Positions 42,401-50,536 of a stretch of DNA of 64,000 bases are shown in pieces. How positions within the stretch are numbered: the first letter of the stretch is position 1; each line of letters begins with the position of its first letter. The position numbers and the translations under genes were made by a program. Below the pieces are notes generated by a model that worked only from the letters and a program-made list of their open reading frames with translations, made no database searches and was not told where the DNA came from. Source of the stretch: Candidatus Poribacteria bacterium (GTDB lineage: Bacteria; Poribacteria; WGA-4E; JAJDTR01); contig CBDCTK010000002.1 of NCBI GenBank assembly GCA_965222225.1, forward strand, positions 4,680,643-4,744,642, read 5' to 3'.

Positions 42401-43918
42401 CATCATGACGGAGACGACCTTGACGGGTGGCCACAGGAAATAGAGGATTACGGCTTATCCCCGGCGGCAGTAGGCGATCTAAACCGAGACGCTTCGCTAG
42501 AGCTTGTTGTCACGACGAGTGGTGCCAATGTATACGCATGGGAAGCCGATGGTACCGCATTGGAGGGATGGCCAATTGAACCACGGCCAGGAACCGGAGC
42601 TAACGCGCCGCCGGTTCTGGCAGACATGAACTCCGATGGACTTTTGGAAATTATCGTGATGTTCAGGAACGGGAGTATCTATGTTCTTTCTCAGAAAGGT
42701 GAAGTCCGAGACGGATGGCCCCAGCGGATAGGATATACACCATATGCGGCACCGGCGGTCGGCGATTTGAACAGTGATGGGCAGCTTGAGATCATCGCTG
42801 GCGATTTGGGTACTTCAAGCATAGTCGCTTTTAATGAAGACGGTACATTGGCGCCGGGATGGCCAATTTCAATTTTCGGATCGACGGTTACATCGATTCC
42901 TGTACTAGGAGACATAAACGGTGATGACGAAATTGAGGTCGTCGTTGCAACCAACTGGGGAAGTTTCTTTGGACAATTACACGCCTTCAGTTCCGGCGGT
43001 GTCGAACTGGACGGTTGGCCCCTGATTACCACGGGAAATCTGCAATCGTCACCAGCCATCGGCGACCTTGACAATGACGGTGATATCGAACTATGCATCG
43101 GCTCTCTGCGCGCGCCCGACGAGGATGCATTTATTCCTGGCGCGGTGTACATCTGGGATTTGGAAGGGCAATCCGCGGATGCGCCGATTGAGTGGGGCAT
43201 GTTTCAGGCAAATCCGGAACACACCGGTGTTTACGTCAACAACCTCCCGCCGCCAAACGTGTTCGCGGCGTTTACGGGTAAGCGTGAATTCAATCAGATT
43301 CGTCTGAACTGGACAACTCAGGGAGAATACGGCAATCTGGGCTGGCGAATCTACCGCGGCGAGATGCCGGACGGGGAGTTTAAACCCCTCATTGACGCAT
43401 ACCGGTCAACAATTGACCGCCCGGTTGAGGTGTTGGTAAAAGGCAGAGGATACAGTAACTCCGAACGCGATTATGTCTTCTTTGACGAGGACACATCTCC
43501 GCTTAAATCCTATTCCTATTATCTGGAGAACAGAGGGCTATTGGGCAGAATCAGCCTTTCACCGATTGTCACAATTGAGGGCTTGAAAGCCGTCACCATT
43601 GGTGGACTCAAGACCGAACTTTATCAGAGTTTCCCCAATCCCGGCAACCCCGAAACGTGGCTTCCCTTTGCACTTGGAGCCACCGCGAACGTTTCGGTTG
43701 CCATACGCAGCACTTCAGGCGAGTTAGTAAGGAAACTGGATTTGGGAGAGAGGCCCGCAGGACTGTATTCCACCAAGTCAAACGCGGGGCATTGGGACGG
43801 TCAAAACGAGCTAGGTGAAACAGTCGCCAGTGGTATCTACTACTACACATTTACGATTTCCGACCGCGACGCCTCCCACGCGCAGGAGATGACGCGGCGG
43901 TTAGTAATTCTGAAATAG
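39467..43918 (+). CDS. Giant secreted subtilisin-like (S8) serine peptidase with FN3 domains, an FG-GAP/VCBS beta-propeller and a T9SS (Por) C-terminal sorting domain
   Basis: Signal peptide (MSRKLIIVFFIIIGTICSFESIAQ). S8 catalytic triad blocks: Asp (VVVGIIDTGID), His (HGTHIASIAAGNG), Ser (GSSVAAAHVTGAVALM). There are at least two FN3-like modules (…VRLSWMANFESNIAGYRLY…, …LSWTANPEPDVAGYIVLF…) and about 8 FG-GAP repeats (DLDGDGTLEIIVGS, DLDADGSLEIV, DMNSDGLLEIIV, DLNSDGQLEIIAG, DINGDDEIEVVVAT, DLDNDGDIELCIGS…). The C-terminal ~80 aa fit the T9SS sorting-domain pattern (…LYQSFPNPGNPETWLPF…VAIRSTSGELVRKL…AGHWDGQNELGETVASGIYYYTF…LVILK). Confidence 0.85.
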   Translation: MSRKLIIVFFIIIGTICSFESIAQFFPDAAVQTSLHKLDSVLKPLVMRHPSTPQKGYASPFIHYSEWYGTDVIKVMLLMSDSPHTLRTLGVELQSVIRLNYHSHGFLVTADLPVDLLPEVANMRNVTYIHAARQAKLAAPTLDISALATGANQVWESNPTYTGKNVVVGIIDTGIDWSHEDFKNPDGSSRILWIWDQTQTATGQVPQDFGYGTEWTQMQINEGTPNQNDYDGHGTHIASIAAGNGRGTGVQRSAPRFVGMAPEADIIVVKSYLFENEVLDAARYIFEKADSLGKPAVVNMSFAYQIGPHDGRTLLEQGLNQLVEETSGRAIVASAGNRGESTIHAGAVLLPPDGENYPKLIPVPDFNDSSTYVNIWYSSKDSISVRVKVPGTNRGETVDFEWVPPGQVDTFDIPKGPWEGATLIVDSQQQHPLYPDLSFIVIWLWNGGDISLPLDRYEMTIELDGPEVAFDAYYFSGQIDGGFRTDSPDTWLIPGDANKTIAMPSTARGVISVTSFVTRNDWVDRFGFSRVVDATVGEISSISSIGPSRDEEKKPNLAAPGEMIVGALAGRSWGYPPLVIEDQSHIALRGSSVAAAHVTGAVALMLQQEPGRTVGELQRLLIERAVDRGDPGWDRHWGAGQLNILASLDVPAVPQGFTAVAEDGSVRLSWMANFESNIAGYRLYISDQILDLGNVETFRLTDLQNGVPIVVSLSVFNTAGNESAKTRALIVIPTANPSGEDTTSPTPPTGLIATPADGVVGLSWTANPEPDVAGYIVLFGGTPGEYFALFEAQDQTFIQVTGADNDVPLYAAVAAFDSAGNLSEPSEEVEVTPTAQDFTFIPDQEGWPLQTESEVFSSPVLVDLDGDGTLEIIVGSKDGLLQVWNHDGSPVAGWPQDTDGELIATPSVGDLDADGSLEIVLPVEQRVYIFRADGTPFNAEWPKRFRSRIVAAATLTDLDKDFDKEIIIVTKTDGVHVLHHDGDDLDGWPQEIEDYGLSPAAVGDLNRDASLELVVTTSGANVYAWEADGTALEGWPIEPRPGTGANAPPVLADMNSDGLLEIIVMFRNGSIYVLSQKGEVRDGWPQRIGYTPYAAPAVGDLNSDGQLEIIAGDLGTSSIVAFNEDGTLAPGWPISIFGSTVTSIPVLGDINGDDEIEVVVATNWGSFFGQLHAFSSGGVELDGWPLITTGNLQSSPAIGDLDNDGDIELCIGSLRAPDEDAFIPGAVYIWDLEGQSADAPIEWGMFQANPEHTGVYVNNLPPPNVFAAFTGKREFNQIRLNWTTQGEYGNLGWRIYRGEMPDGEFKPLIDAYRSTIDRPVEVLVKGRGYSNSERDYVFFDEDTSPLKSYSYYLENRGLLGRISLSPIVTIEGLKAVTIGGLKTELYQSFPNPGNPETWLPFALGATANVSVAIRSTSGELVRKLDLGERPAGLYSTKSNAGHWDGQNELGETVASGIYYYTFTISDRDASHAQEMTRRLVILK

Positions 43919-43964
43919 TCTAATGGTCAGGCAGATGGAAGACACTCATAGCTGTTTCCCGATC

Positions 43965-43988
43965 GGCTTGGATTGCCACATCCAAGCC
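43965..43988 (+). terminator. Putative hairpin terminator downstream of the protease gene (9-bp stem GGCTTGGAT / ATCCAAGCC, 6-nt loop)
   Basis: Perfect inverted repeat 43965-43973 / 43980-43988 lying 47 nt after the stop. It is followed by only a short TT, so it is weak as a rho-independent terminator. Confidence 0.3.
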
Positions 43989-44192
43989 TTGACCGATGAA
44001 CTCCTCAATCCGCGGGAGCGGTACGTCGTGCACACTATCTCGTTGACTAATACAGTAATTCTGAACTAGTGAGTTGAGGACGCAGATATTCTGGGATACA
44101 GCACCATCTAGAGAACCAAGTTCAGAGAAACACTCACTTTCTTTGCACGCGTAGCCAAGTCACACTGTCGGACGACTCTCACGGCTCGTCAG

Positions 44193-45059
44193 CTAATGGT
44201 CGTTGCGCAATCTGGACGGTTCCCCATAGTTCCCGTCAGGCAGGCGAGAGGGGAAGTTGTATTGGGGATTCGTCAACAATGCGTAAATCTGCGGATCTCG
44301 CTCCCGCACCAATTCCGTCGTGTACAGACGCCATTCATCGCCAATTTCACCTGCCCGTCCAGGGAAATTCTGTCCACCCAAAATTGATGTTAACGCCCAA
44401 TAAATATACTCGGTAATTTGACAACCGTAGTCGCATGTTTCGTCGTAATAGGTAAACCACGCACTTTTGGGATAGGAACGGGGGACTTGCCTGAAATGTC
44501 CGCCTCTAGCGATGTCCATCGCCTCGCCAACGGCTGTATTTGCCCTCTCGCCGAAGACAGTGGGATAGACATCGGCGTAACCCGCGCTAGTAATTAAGTG
44601 CAGTATTTCCTCCAAAGCGGCATCGAATCTCCCCTCTGAGGCCCCGTTGGGGTGTGTTTCCTCGCCGTACAAATCCTGTAAACTCATCGCGTCCAGCACA
44701 TGCTCCGGAATGTAAGCTTCTAGCTCCGTTTCCTCCCGGTCACGCTCGGTAGCAAACATGATAATTGAGGCGCGGTTTCGCCGCATCTGTGCTACCACTA
44801 TTGGATTGTCGGGCACACCATCTTCGTCGTTATCCAGATATTGAGCTAACACATGCGCCGCGTGCAGCACTTTCTCATTGGGAGTCTCCGCCGTGGCATA
44901 CACCCTAATCCCAAACACGGATACTTGTATCTTGAAAACGTGTAAAAACCCGCTGGGCGCATCATTACTAAGAGGCAGAATTTTCAAAGGCGTGGTCATC
45001 TTGTCTTGGGGGCCATTACTCATGTAGATCAGAGCGCTAACTAGAAACATGTATCTCAT
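44193..45059 (-). CDS. Hypothetical exported protein
   Basis: 288-aa ORF with a hydrophobic N-terminus (MRYMFLVSALIYM…) and an acidic DNDEDGVPDNP segment. I recognise no family motif. Confidence 0.35.
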   Translation of the reverse strand: MRYMFLVSALIYMSNGPQDKMTTPLKILPLSNDAPSGFLHVFKIQVSVFGIRVYATAETPNEKVLHAAHVLAQYLDNDEDGVPDNPIVVAQMRRNRASIIMFATERDREETELEAYIPEHVLDAMSLQDLYGEETHPNGASEGRFDAALEEILHLITSAGYADVYPTVFGERANTAVGEAMDIARGGHFRQVPRSYPKSAWFTYYDETCDYGCQITEYIYWALTSILGGQNFPGRAGEIGDEWRLYTTELVRERDPQIYALLTNPQYNFPSRLPDGNYGEPSRLRNDH

Positions 45060-45186
45060 ACGATTGTTAATGGACAGGATTTAGAAGGTGGGTACAATTC
45101 AGCCGAATAGAGGTATCTCTGCTTCATCCACGTTTTCTTGTTAACAGTCGGAGAACGATTTCGCTCTCACCACATATGCTCCCGAC

Positions 45187-45203
45187 GGTGGGCAGTGCCC
45201 ACC
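45187..45203. promoter_or_regulatory. Perfect 17-bp palindrome GGTGGGCAGTGCCCACC in a divergent intergenic region (candidate operator)
   Basis: 8-bp arms around a single central base, located between the divergently oriented 44193..45059 gene and the Gfo/Idh/MocA gene (start 45327). Confidence 0.3.
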
Positions 45204-45326
45204 CTACAAGAGTGATAGAACAAAAGCCACGATCCATGGCTCCACGAAAATATCGTTGAAAGTTTTCTCCAAAGCGGTTTATAATGGTCGAATTAAGCAA
45301 AACAGGCAAATGAAGAAAGGATAGCC

Positions 45327-46352
45327 ATGTCTGGCACATCTGCTACACCAGCTTACCAGGTCGGTATCGTGGGGACAGGCGGAATCGCAAAGGCACACGG
45401 CAGAGCATGTAAGGAACTCGAATGCGCGGAACTCTCTGCCATTTGTGACATTTCCGAGGAGGCCTTGCATCGTTACGCCGAAGCATTTGGCGTGACGCGT
45501 CTTTATCCCGACCTCGATCAAATGCTGACTAGCGAAGAACTCGATGTCGTAATCATCGCCAACTGGGGAGCTTTTCATGCAGAAACCGGCATTCAGATTG
45601 CCAAGTCACGCCATGTCAAAGCCATACTATGTGAAAAGCCGTTTACATCAACGGCAGCGGAGGCGGAGCAGTTCGTAAAAGCGGCGAAAGCAAATGGCGT
45701 GCTCGTTGCCGAAGCTTTCAAGTTCCGTCATCATCCGATGCATCTAAAAGCGAAGGAACTCATTGATGCAGGGGAAATTGGAGAAGTAAAGACAATGCGC
45801 AGTACGTTCTGCACCGGCGGCAAGGGCGGGGGACCTGAAACTCGCCGTCCGGAAATGAACTGGCGCTTCAACAAGGCAAAGGGCGGTGGTAGCATCTATG
45901 ACCTGGGTTGCTACTGTATTCATCATGCACGCTTTATTTTCGACGCGGATCCTGTTACGGTCTTTGCGATTCAGCAGCCGGGAATTGAGGTTGATGATGC
46001 TATGTATATATTACTCGCCTTCCCGGGTGAACGAACCGCACAGATTTCCGTCGGATTCAATTCGTCAGGGGCACAATACGCCGAAATATGCGGAACAAAG
46101 GGAATGTTGCGGCTTGACAGAATCTGGAACAACGAGAAACGACCCGTGTCAATCGAGAAACAGACAGTTGATGGATCAGAATCCATTGAATTTGCCCCGG
46201 TGTTTCAGTTCACGAATCAACTCCGACACCTCTGCGACTGTTTGACAACGGGACAGCCGCATCGTATTTCACCCGAAAACAGCATTCATCAGATGAAAGT
46301 GATTGATGCGGTTCTCGAATCAGTAGAGACCGGGAACGTGGTGGCGATTTGA
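45327..46352 (+). CDS. Gfo/Idh/MocA family NAD(P)-dependent oxidoreductase
   Basis: N-terminal Rossmann VGIVGTGGIAKAHGRA, the EKP motif (…ILCEKPFTS…), and a C-terminal alpha/beta domain; 341 aa. Confidence 0.85.
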   Translation: MSGTSATPAYQVGIVGTGGIAKAHGRACKELECAELSAICDISEEALHRYAEAFGVTRLYPDLDQMLTSEELDVVIIANWGAFHAETGIQIAKSRHVKAILCEKPFTSTAAEAEQFVKAAKANGVLVAEAFKFRHHPMHLKAKELIDAGEIGEVKTMRSTFCTGGKGGGPETRRPEMNWRFNKAKGGGSIYDLGCYCIHHARFIFDADPVTVFAIQQPGIEVDDAMYILLAFPGERTAQISVGFNSSGAQYAEICGTKGMLRLDRIWNNEKRPVSIEKQTVDGSESIEFAPVFQFTNQLRHLCDCLTTGQPHRISPENSIHQMKVIDAVLESVETGNVVAI

Positions 46353-46415
46353 GAAACCGGTGGACAGCGCCACTCTGGCTAAGGTTCTTCAATAGGTACA
46401 CCCCGTGATTGGTCC

Positions 46416-48278
46416 CTACCGGGTCGCATGTGCCATAATCTCGGTCATGCGTGCGACAAACTCGGTCGGAGAGTCCATATTCCCGTCAATCAATAGCGCC
46501 CCTTCATAAACCTGCAGAATACAACTCTTGAGGAGCGACTCATCACCATTGTTTTCGTGAATGTGAGCCAGGTTCTTAATCAGCGGGTGAGAGGGATTAA
46601 TCTCAAGAATCTTCTTGGAGCCGGGGATATCTTGGTTCATCATTTTCATCATCCGTTCCATTTCTCGATCCATTCCGCTGGCTCCGACCACGAGGGTTGC
46701 CGCCGAATCGACAAGCCGCTTAGACTCGACCACATCCTCTACCTTATCACCAAGTGTTTCTTTGAATAGCGAAAAAAGCGACTTGGATTCATCCTCGGTT
46801 AAGCTATCCGCCTTGCTCTCTTCATCGGACTTAAGGTCAAGATCTGCGGTCTCGATTCCTTTTATCGGTTTTTCGTCGTAATCATGCAACTGCGGAATAT
46901 TAAAGATATCGGCTGGGTCAATGAAGAACAAGACTTCAATTCCCCTTTTCCTGAAATATTCCAGATTTGGATTTAGTTCCACCGCCGCTCTGCTCTCGCC
47001 AGTCAGGTAGTAAATCTCCGTCTGATCTTCCTGCATGCCAGCCACATAGTCCTTGAGCGAAGTGAGTTTCCCTTTTTCGGTTTTTGTGGATTCAAATCGC
47101 AAGAGGTCGATCAGTCGATCCCGGTTTCCAAAATCTGTGCTGAGTCCGGTTTTGAACAGCAACCCAAAGTTGGTGAAAAATTTGTCATACTTCTCTTGGT
47201 CATTCTTTGCCCAATCCTCCAGAAGCGACAAAATTCTTCCGGTAAGCACATTTTTGATTTTCCCCATTATCGGGCTGACTTGGGTAACTTCACGAGAAAC
47301 GTTTAACGGCAAATCTTCTGTATCCACTACCCCCGCGACGAAGCGCAAATACTCAGGCAGTAATTCCTTGCAGTCGTCTTGGATGAAGATTCTATTTGCA
47401 TAAAGTTGCAATGACTTCAGTTCCTCTCCCCTCAAAAAATCGAACGGGGCGGTTTCGGGCACGAAAACCATCGCCTTGAAATTAACCTGCCCCTCAATCG
47501 ACAAATGCAGATGTCCGAGTATCGGGTTGAAGTCGTTGGATATGAACTTATAAAATTCTTCTAAGTCTTCATCGGTCACTTCGTTTTTGTTTTTCTGCCA
47601 CAGTGCGCTTATGGTGTTTACCTGCTCGCCGTTGACATGAATTGAGAAGTCTGCGAAGTTGGAGTATTTCTTAATAATCTCGTTTACCCGGTATTCTTCA
47701 CTGAACTCCTTCGCATCGTCCTTTAGTTTGAACGAGATTTTCGTTCCTCGCTCCTCACGCGGGAATTCTTCAACGGTGAATTTGCTCGCTCCCGTCGATT
47801 CCCACCGATACCCCTTTGACCCTGGATCCGCATGTCGGGTTTCGATGACCACCTGATCAGTCACCATGAACACGGAATAAAAACCTATGCCGAATTGACC
47901 TATCATGTTCGCGTCGAAGGGTTTGCCCTCCTCTTTCAATCTCTCCAAAAATGCCACTGTGCCGGAACTTGCAATGGTGCCGATTCTGGAGACGAGATCT
48001 TCTTTCGTCATGCCGATGCCGGTGTCGGCAATCGAAAAGGTTTGTGTCTTCGAGTCAACACTGATGCTGATTCGCAAAGGGGCATTGGGACTTACAATGT
48101 TTTTATCCGTTAACTGTCTGAAACGCACCAGATTTAGAGCATCGGAAGCGTTGGAAATCACTTCGCGGAGAAAGACTTCGCTATGGCTGTAGAGAGAATG
48201 AACGATCAGATGAAGAAGTTGCTTCATCTCCGCTTGGTATTCAAATTCCTCTAACGCTTCAAGTTTGTCACTGGACAT
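46416..48278 (-). CDS. htpG: Molecular chaperone HtpG (Hsp90)
   Basis: GHKL Bergerat motifs (…VFLREVISNASDALNLVRF…, …IADTGIGMT…, …GQFGIGFYS…). The start is placed at ATG 48278 (MSSDKLEALEEFEYQAEMKQLL…), preceded by a GGAGGA RBS. The longer ORF to 48377 is not needed. Confidence 0.9.
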   Translation of the reverse strand: MSSDKLEALEEFEYQAEMKQLLHLIVHSLYSHSEVFLREVISNASDALNLVRFRQLTDKNIVSPNAPLRISISVDSKTQTFSIADTGIGMTKEDLVSRIGTIASSGTVAFLERLKEEGKPFDANMIGQFGIGFYSVFMVTDQVVIETRHADPGSKGYRWESTGASKFTVEEFPREERGTKISFKLKDDAKEFSEEYRVNEIIKKYSNFADFSIHVNGEQVNTISALWQKNKNEVTDEDLEEFYKFISNDFNPILGHLHLSIEGQVNFKAMVFVPETAPFDFLRGEELKSLQLYANRIFIQDDCKELLPEYLRFVAGVVDTEDLPLNVSREVTQVSPIMGKIKNVLTGRILSLLEDWAKNDQEKYDKFFTNFGLLFKTGLSTDFGNRDRLIDLLRFESTKTEKGKLTSLKDYVAGMQEDQTEIYYLTGESRAAVELNPNLEYFRKRGIEVLFFIDPADIFNIPQLHDYDEKPIKGIETADLDLKSDEESKADSLTEDESKSLFSLFKETLGDKVEDVVESKRLVDSAATLVVGASGMDREMERMMKMMNQDIPGSKKILEINPSHPLIKNLAHIHENNGDESLLKSCILQVYEGALLIDGNMDSPTEFVARMTEIMAHATR

Positions 48279-48905
48279 AATCGGAAAGATCCTCCTATTG
48301 TTGATGAAGTTATAGTTTATGCATGATTGTTGATTTTGAACACATACAATATACTGCCTTGGAAGCAGAATCGGCAATCAAATTGTTGGCGTCGGAAGGT
48401 AATTTAAAAGAATTGGCATCTACCCCACCGCAATCACAGAACATGAATCCTCGTAGAAGGCTTATCGTTACTCGACACTCACGGTCAGCGCGGAAAACCG
48501 TATCGTGAAGAAGCGTCCGCCTTCTGTTTCCTCTATGTGAATAGGACTTCCGTAGGGTACACCGTCAGTCTATCGTGTTCCGTCCGTGAGGACACATCAT
48601 TGGCAGCAGGTCGAACGCTTCGCATCAATCCTGGCAGGAATGTGGCGAACCAGGCGTTGTCAGACCAATTTCAGATAACTCGGACAAATCATCCCAGTCA
48701 CAGTCCAAGCAGAATAACTGGTTGTCGCCAATGGATTTAATTGAATTGCGTTCACAATTTGGACATAGCATTTTTTGACCTCCCGCCCAAGAAACGATGC
48801 GAATCTTATTGAGGTTGCAAGAGTTGAACTTGCAACGGCAGCAAGCAATTGAATCCACCCCGGCGCGAAATGGGGCATTGGGTGTAATGGAACGCCGTCA
48901 GTGAA

Positions 48906-50426
48906 TCATAGACTATCGAGTTCTTTAACAGCCTGGATGCCGCTATCTAACGCTTCAAAAAGCAGTGGTAATCGGCTATTGTCTACCCCGGCGTAGACTA
49001 GATTAGGTTCAGATCGACGCGGGTTCTTATCCCTGAATAGGTAATGAGGTTTAGGAACCGGCATTGCGTGTCCAAGCACCTTTATGAAAACCCGATCCAC
49101 CAAACTGCTAACCTTTCGATTAAAAAATAGGTCGATCGTCTCTACCGTCTTATGGACAATCTCCTGAGCGTTGTGCCGAATATTCGTAAGATACGGTCTC
49201 TGGTTGGGCTGGAAGCAGTAGTATGCCGTAAACACCCGTGAATCACCTACGCGAAGTTGAGAGGCGCTATCCACGAATCCCATGAAGGTCGCATCTTGGC
49301 TCAAGAACTCGTTCTGCCAAAACGCCTCCGCCCGGAGATTCTCCTTAAGAACGATGTTAAGCACCAACCAAGGCGCATATATGTTATCTTGAAAAAGATG
49401 GGCGTCGGGCGGAAACACATATTTTAGCGCATGTTTCCCTCCGGCGTAGATTACATTTCGTGCAAGGTAACGGTCAATCCGAGAGTTCTCAATATTTATT
49501 ACGGTAACTTCGAAGCCGTTCTCAACTCTCTGAATACGCCGCACCAAGCGATTTGTCTTGATATTATCGCTGGGCAACACCGCCGCCATCTTGTTGACAA
49601 AGTAAGTGTTCCCCGCCGCCGGCGAAAACAGTTCCACGGATTGCGTGTAGTAAGGTCTACAAGCATAGTAGTGGATTCCGGCGAGTGCAGAGACCGTCTC
49701 CGCGCCGGCGCCGTAGTCGTCCCTCATCTGGTAGTCAACCCCCTGTTTGAAGGATGGAGTTAATCTCAAAGTACGCTCAAGAAAGTCAAGAAAGCTTATT
49801 TCATCAAGCGACCATAAATCCTCCCGAATGATTCGCGTCGGCAGCTTCATCTCGCCCAGATAGGGAAGCACTAACTCCAAGAAATCAGTTTTGAGTTGCC
49901 CCGGTTCAAGGAGTTCCTCTCTTAATCCATTTGAGGTAAGGGTTTGGCCCTCCCGCTCGGCATTAATCAGATACTGTCGGTCGACAAAATTCCACGCCTC
50001 AACCAATTTATTGTAACGAATTACTCCCAGTTCTTCAAGGAAGTTTAAGGTTTCGCTGCCGTAATAGTTTGGGTAGGCTAACTCGTAATGCGCACCTTGT
50101 GAAAACACTTCACCGGCGTGAGATTCGCTCGCCGAAGTGCCGCCGAGTTGCGTGGATAATTCGCAGAGGACGAAGTCCCTGTCCCGGAGTTGGCATGCCG
50201 CCGATAGCCCGGAGATGCCGCCGCCCACGATAAGATAATCCGTAGAGAACGTGTTCCCTGTTGGCAACGCGGCGCTATCCAAGATTAAATGTCCCGCCCG
50301 CATGTCCGATTTGATGGATATCTCATACGCTTGCCGATTGGGCTTATCGGATGTTGAATCGCATGATTGACTGAGGATTCCTGCGAGGGCGAGTGAGGAA
50401 AGCTTAATGAACGTTCGACGGTTCAT
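48906..50426 (-). CDS. Tat-exported FAD-dependent oxidoreductase (amine-oxidase/phytoene-desaturase-like fold)
   Basis: Twin-arginine signal MNRRTFIKLSSLALAGILSQSC, then the dinucleotide motif DYLIVGGGISGLSAACQL and a second FAD contact near the C-terminus (…VYAGVDNS…). Confidence 0.6.
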   Translation of the reverse strand: MNRRTFIKLSSLALAGILSQSCDSTSDKPNRQAYEISIKSDMRAGHLILDSAALPTGNTFSTDYLIVGGGISGLSAACQLRDRDFVLCELSTQLGGTSASESHAGEVFSQGAHYELAYPNYYGSETLNFLEELGVIRYNKLVEAWNFVDRQYLINAEREGQTLTSNGLREELLEPGQLKTDFLELVLPYLGEMKLPTRIIREDLWSLDEISFLDFLERTLRLTPSFKQGVDYQMRDDYGAGAETVSALAGIHYYACRPYYTQSVELFSPAAGNTYFVNKMAAVLPSDNIKTNRLVRRIQRVENGFEVTVINIENSRIDRYLARNVIYAGGKHALKYVFPPDAHLFQDNIYAPWLVLNIVLKENLRAEAFWQNEFLSQDATFMGFVDSASQLRVGDSRVFTAYYCFQPNQRPYLTNIRHNAQEIVHKTVETIDLFFNRKVSSLVDRVFIKVLGHAMPVPKPHYLFRDKNPRRSEPNLVYAGVDNSRLPLLFEALDSGIQAVKELDSL

Positions 50427-50536
50427 GGTAGGAGCGACATGCTTGTCGGGATTGTCAAAGTAGGACTAATACATCGGAGATTGTAGGGAAACAAGAACAA
50501 TGGAACGATTTTTCTCACCGTAACCGGACTAGCACC

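Noticed and set aside
48279-48377. Long 653-aa version of htpG
   Set aside because: Hsp90-like sequence begins at MSSDKLEALEEF… (ATG 48278) with a GGAGGA RBS. The upstream 33 codons (MPILLPRQYIVCVQNQQSC…) are not HtpG-like.
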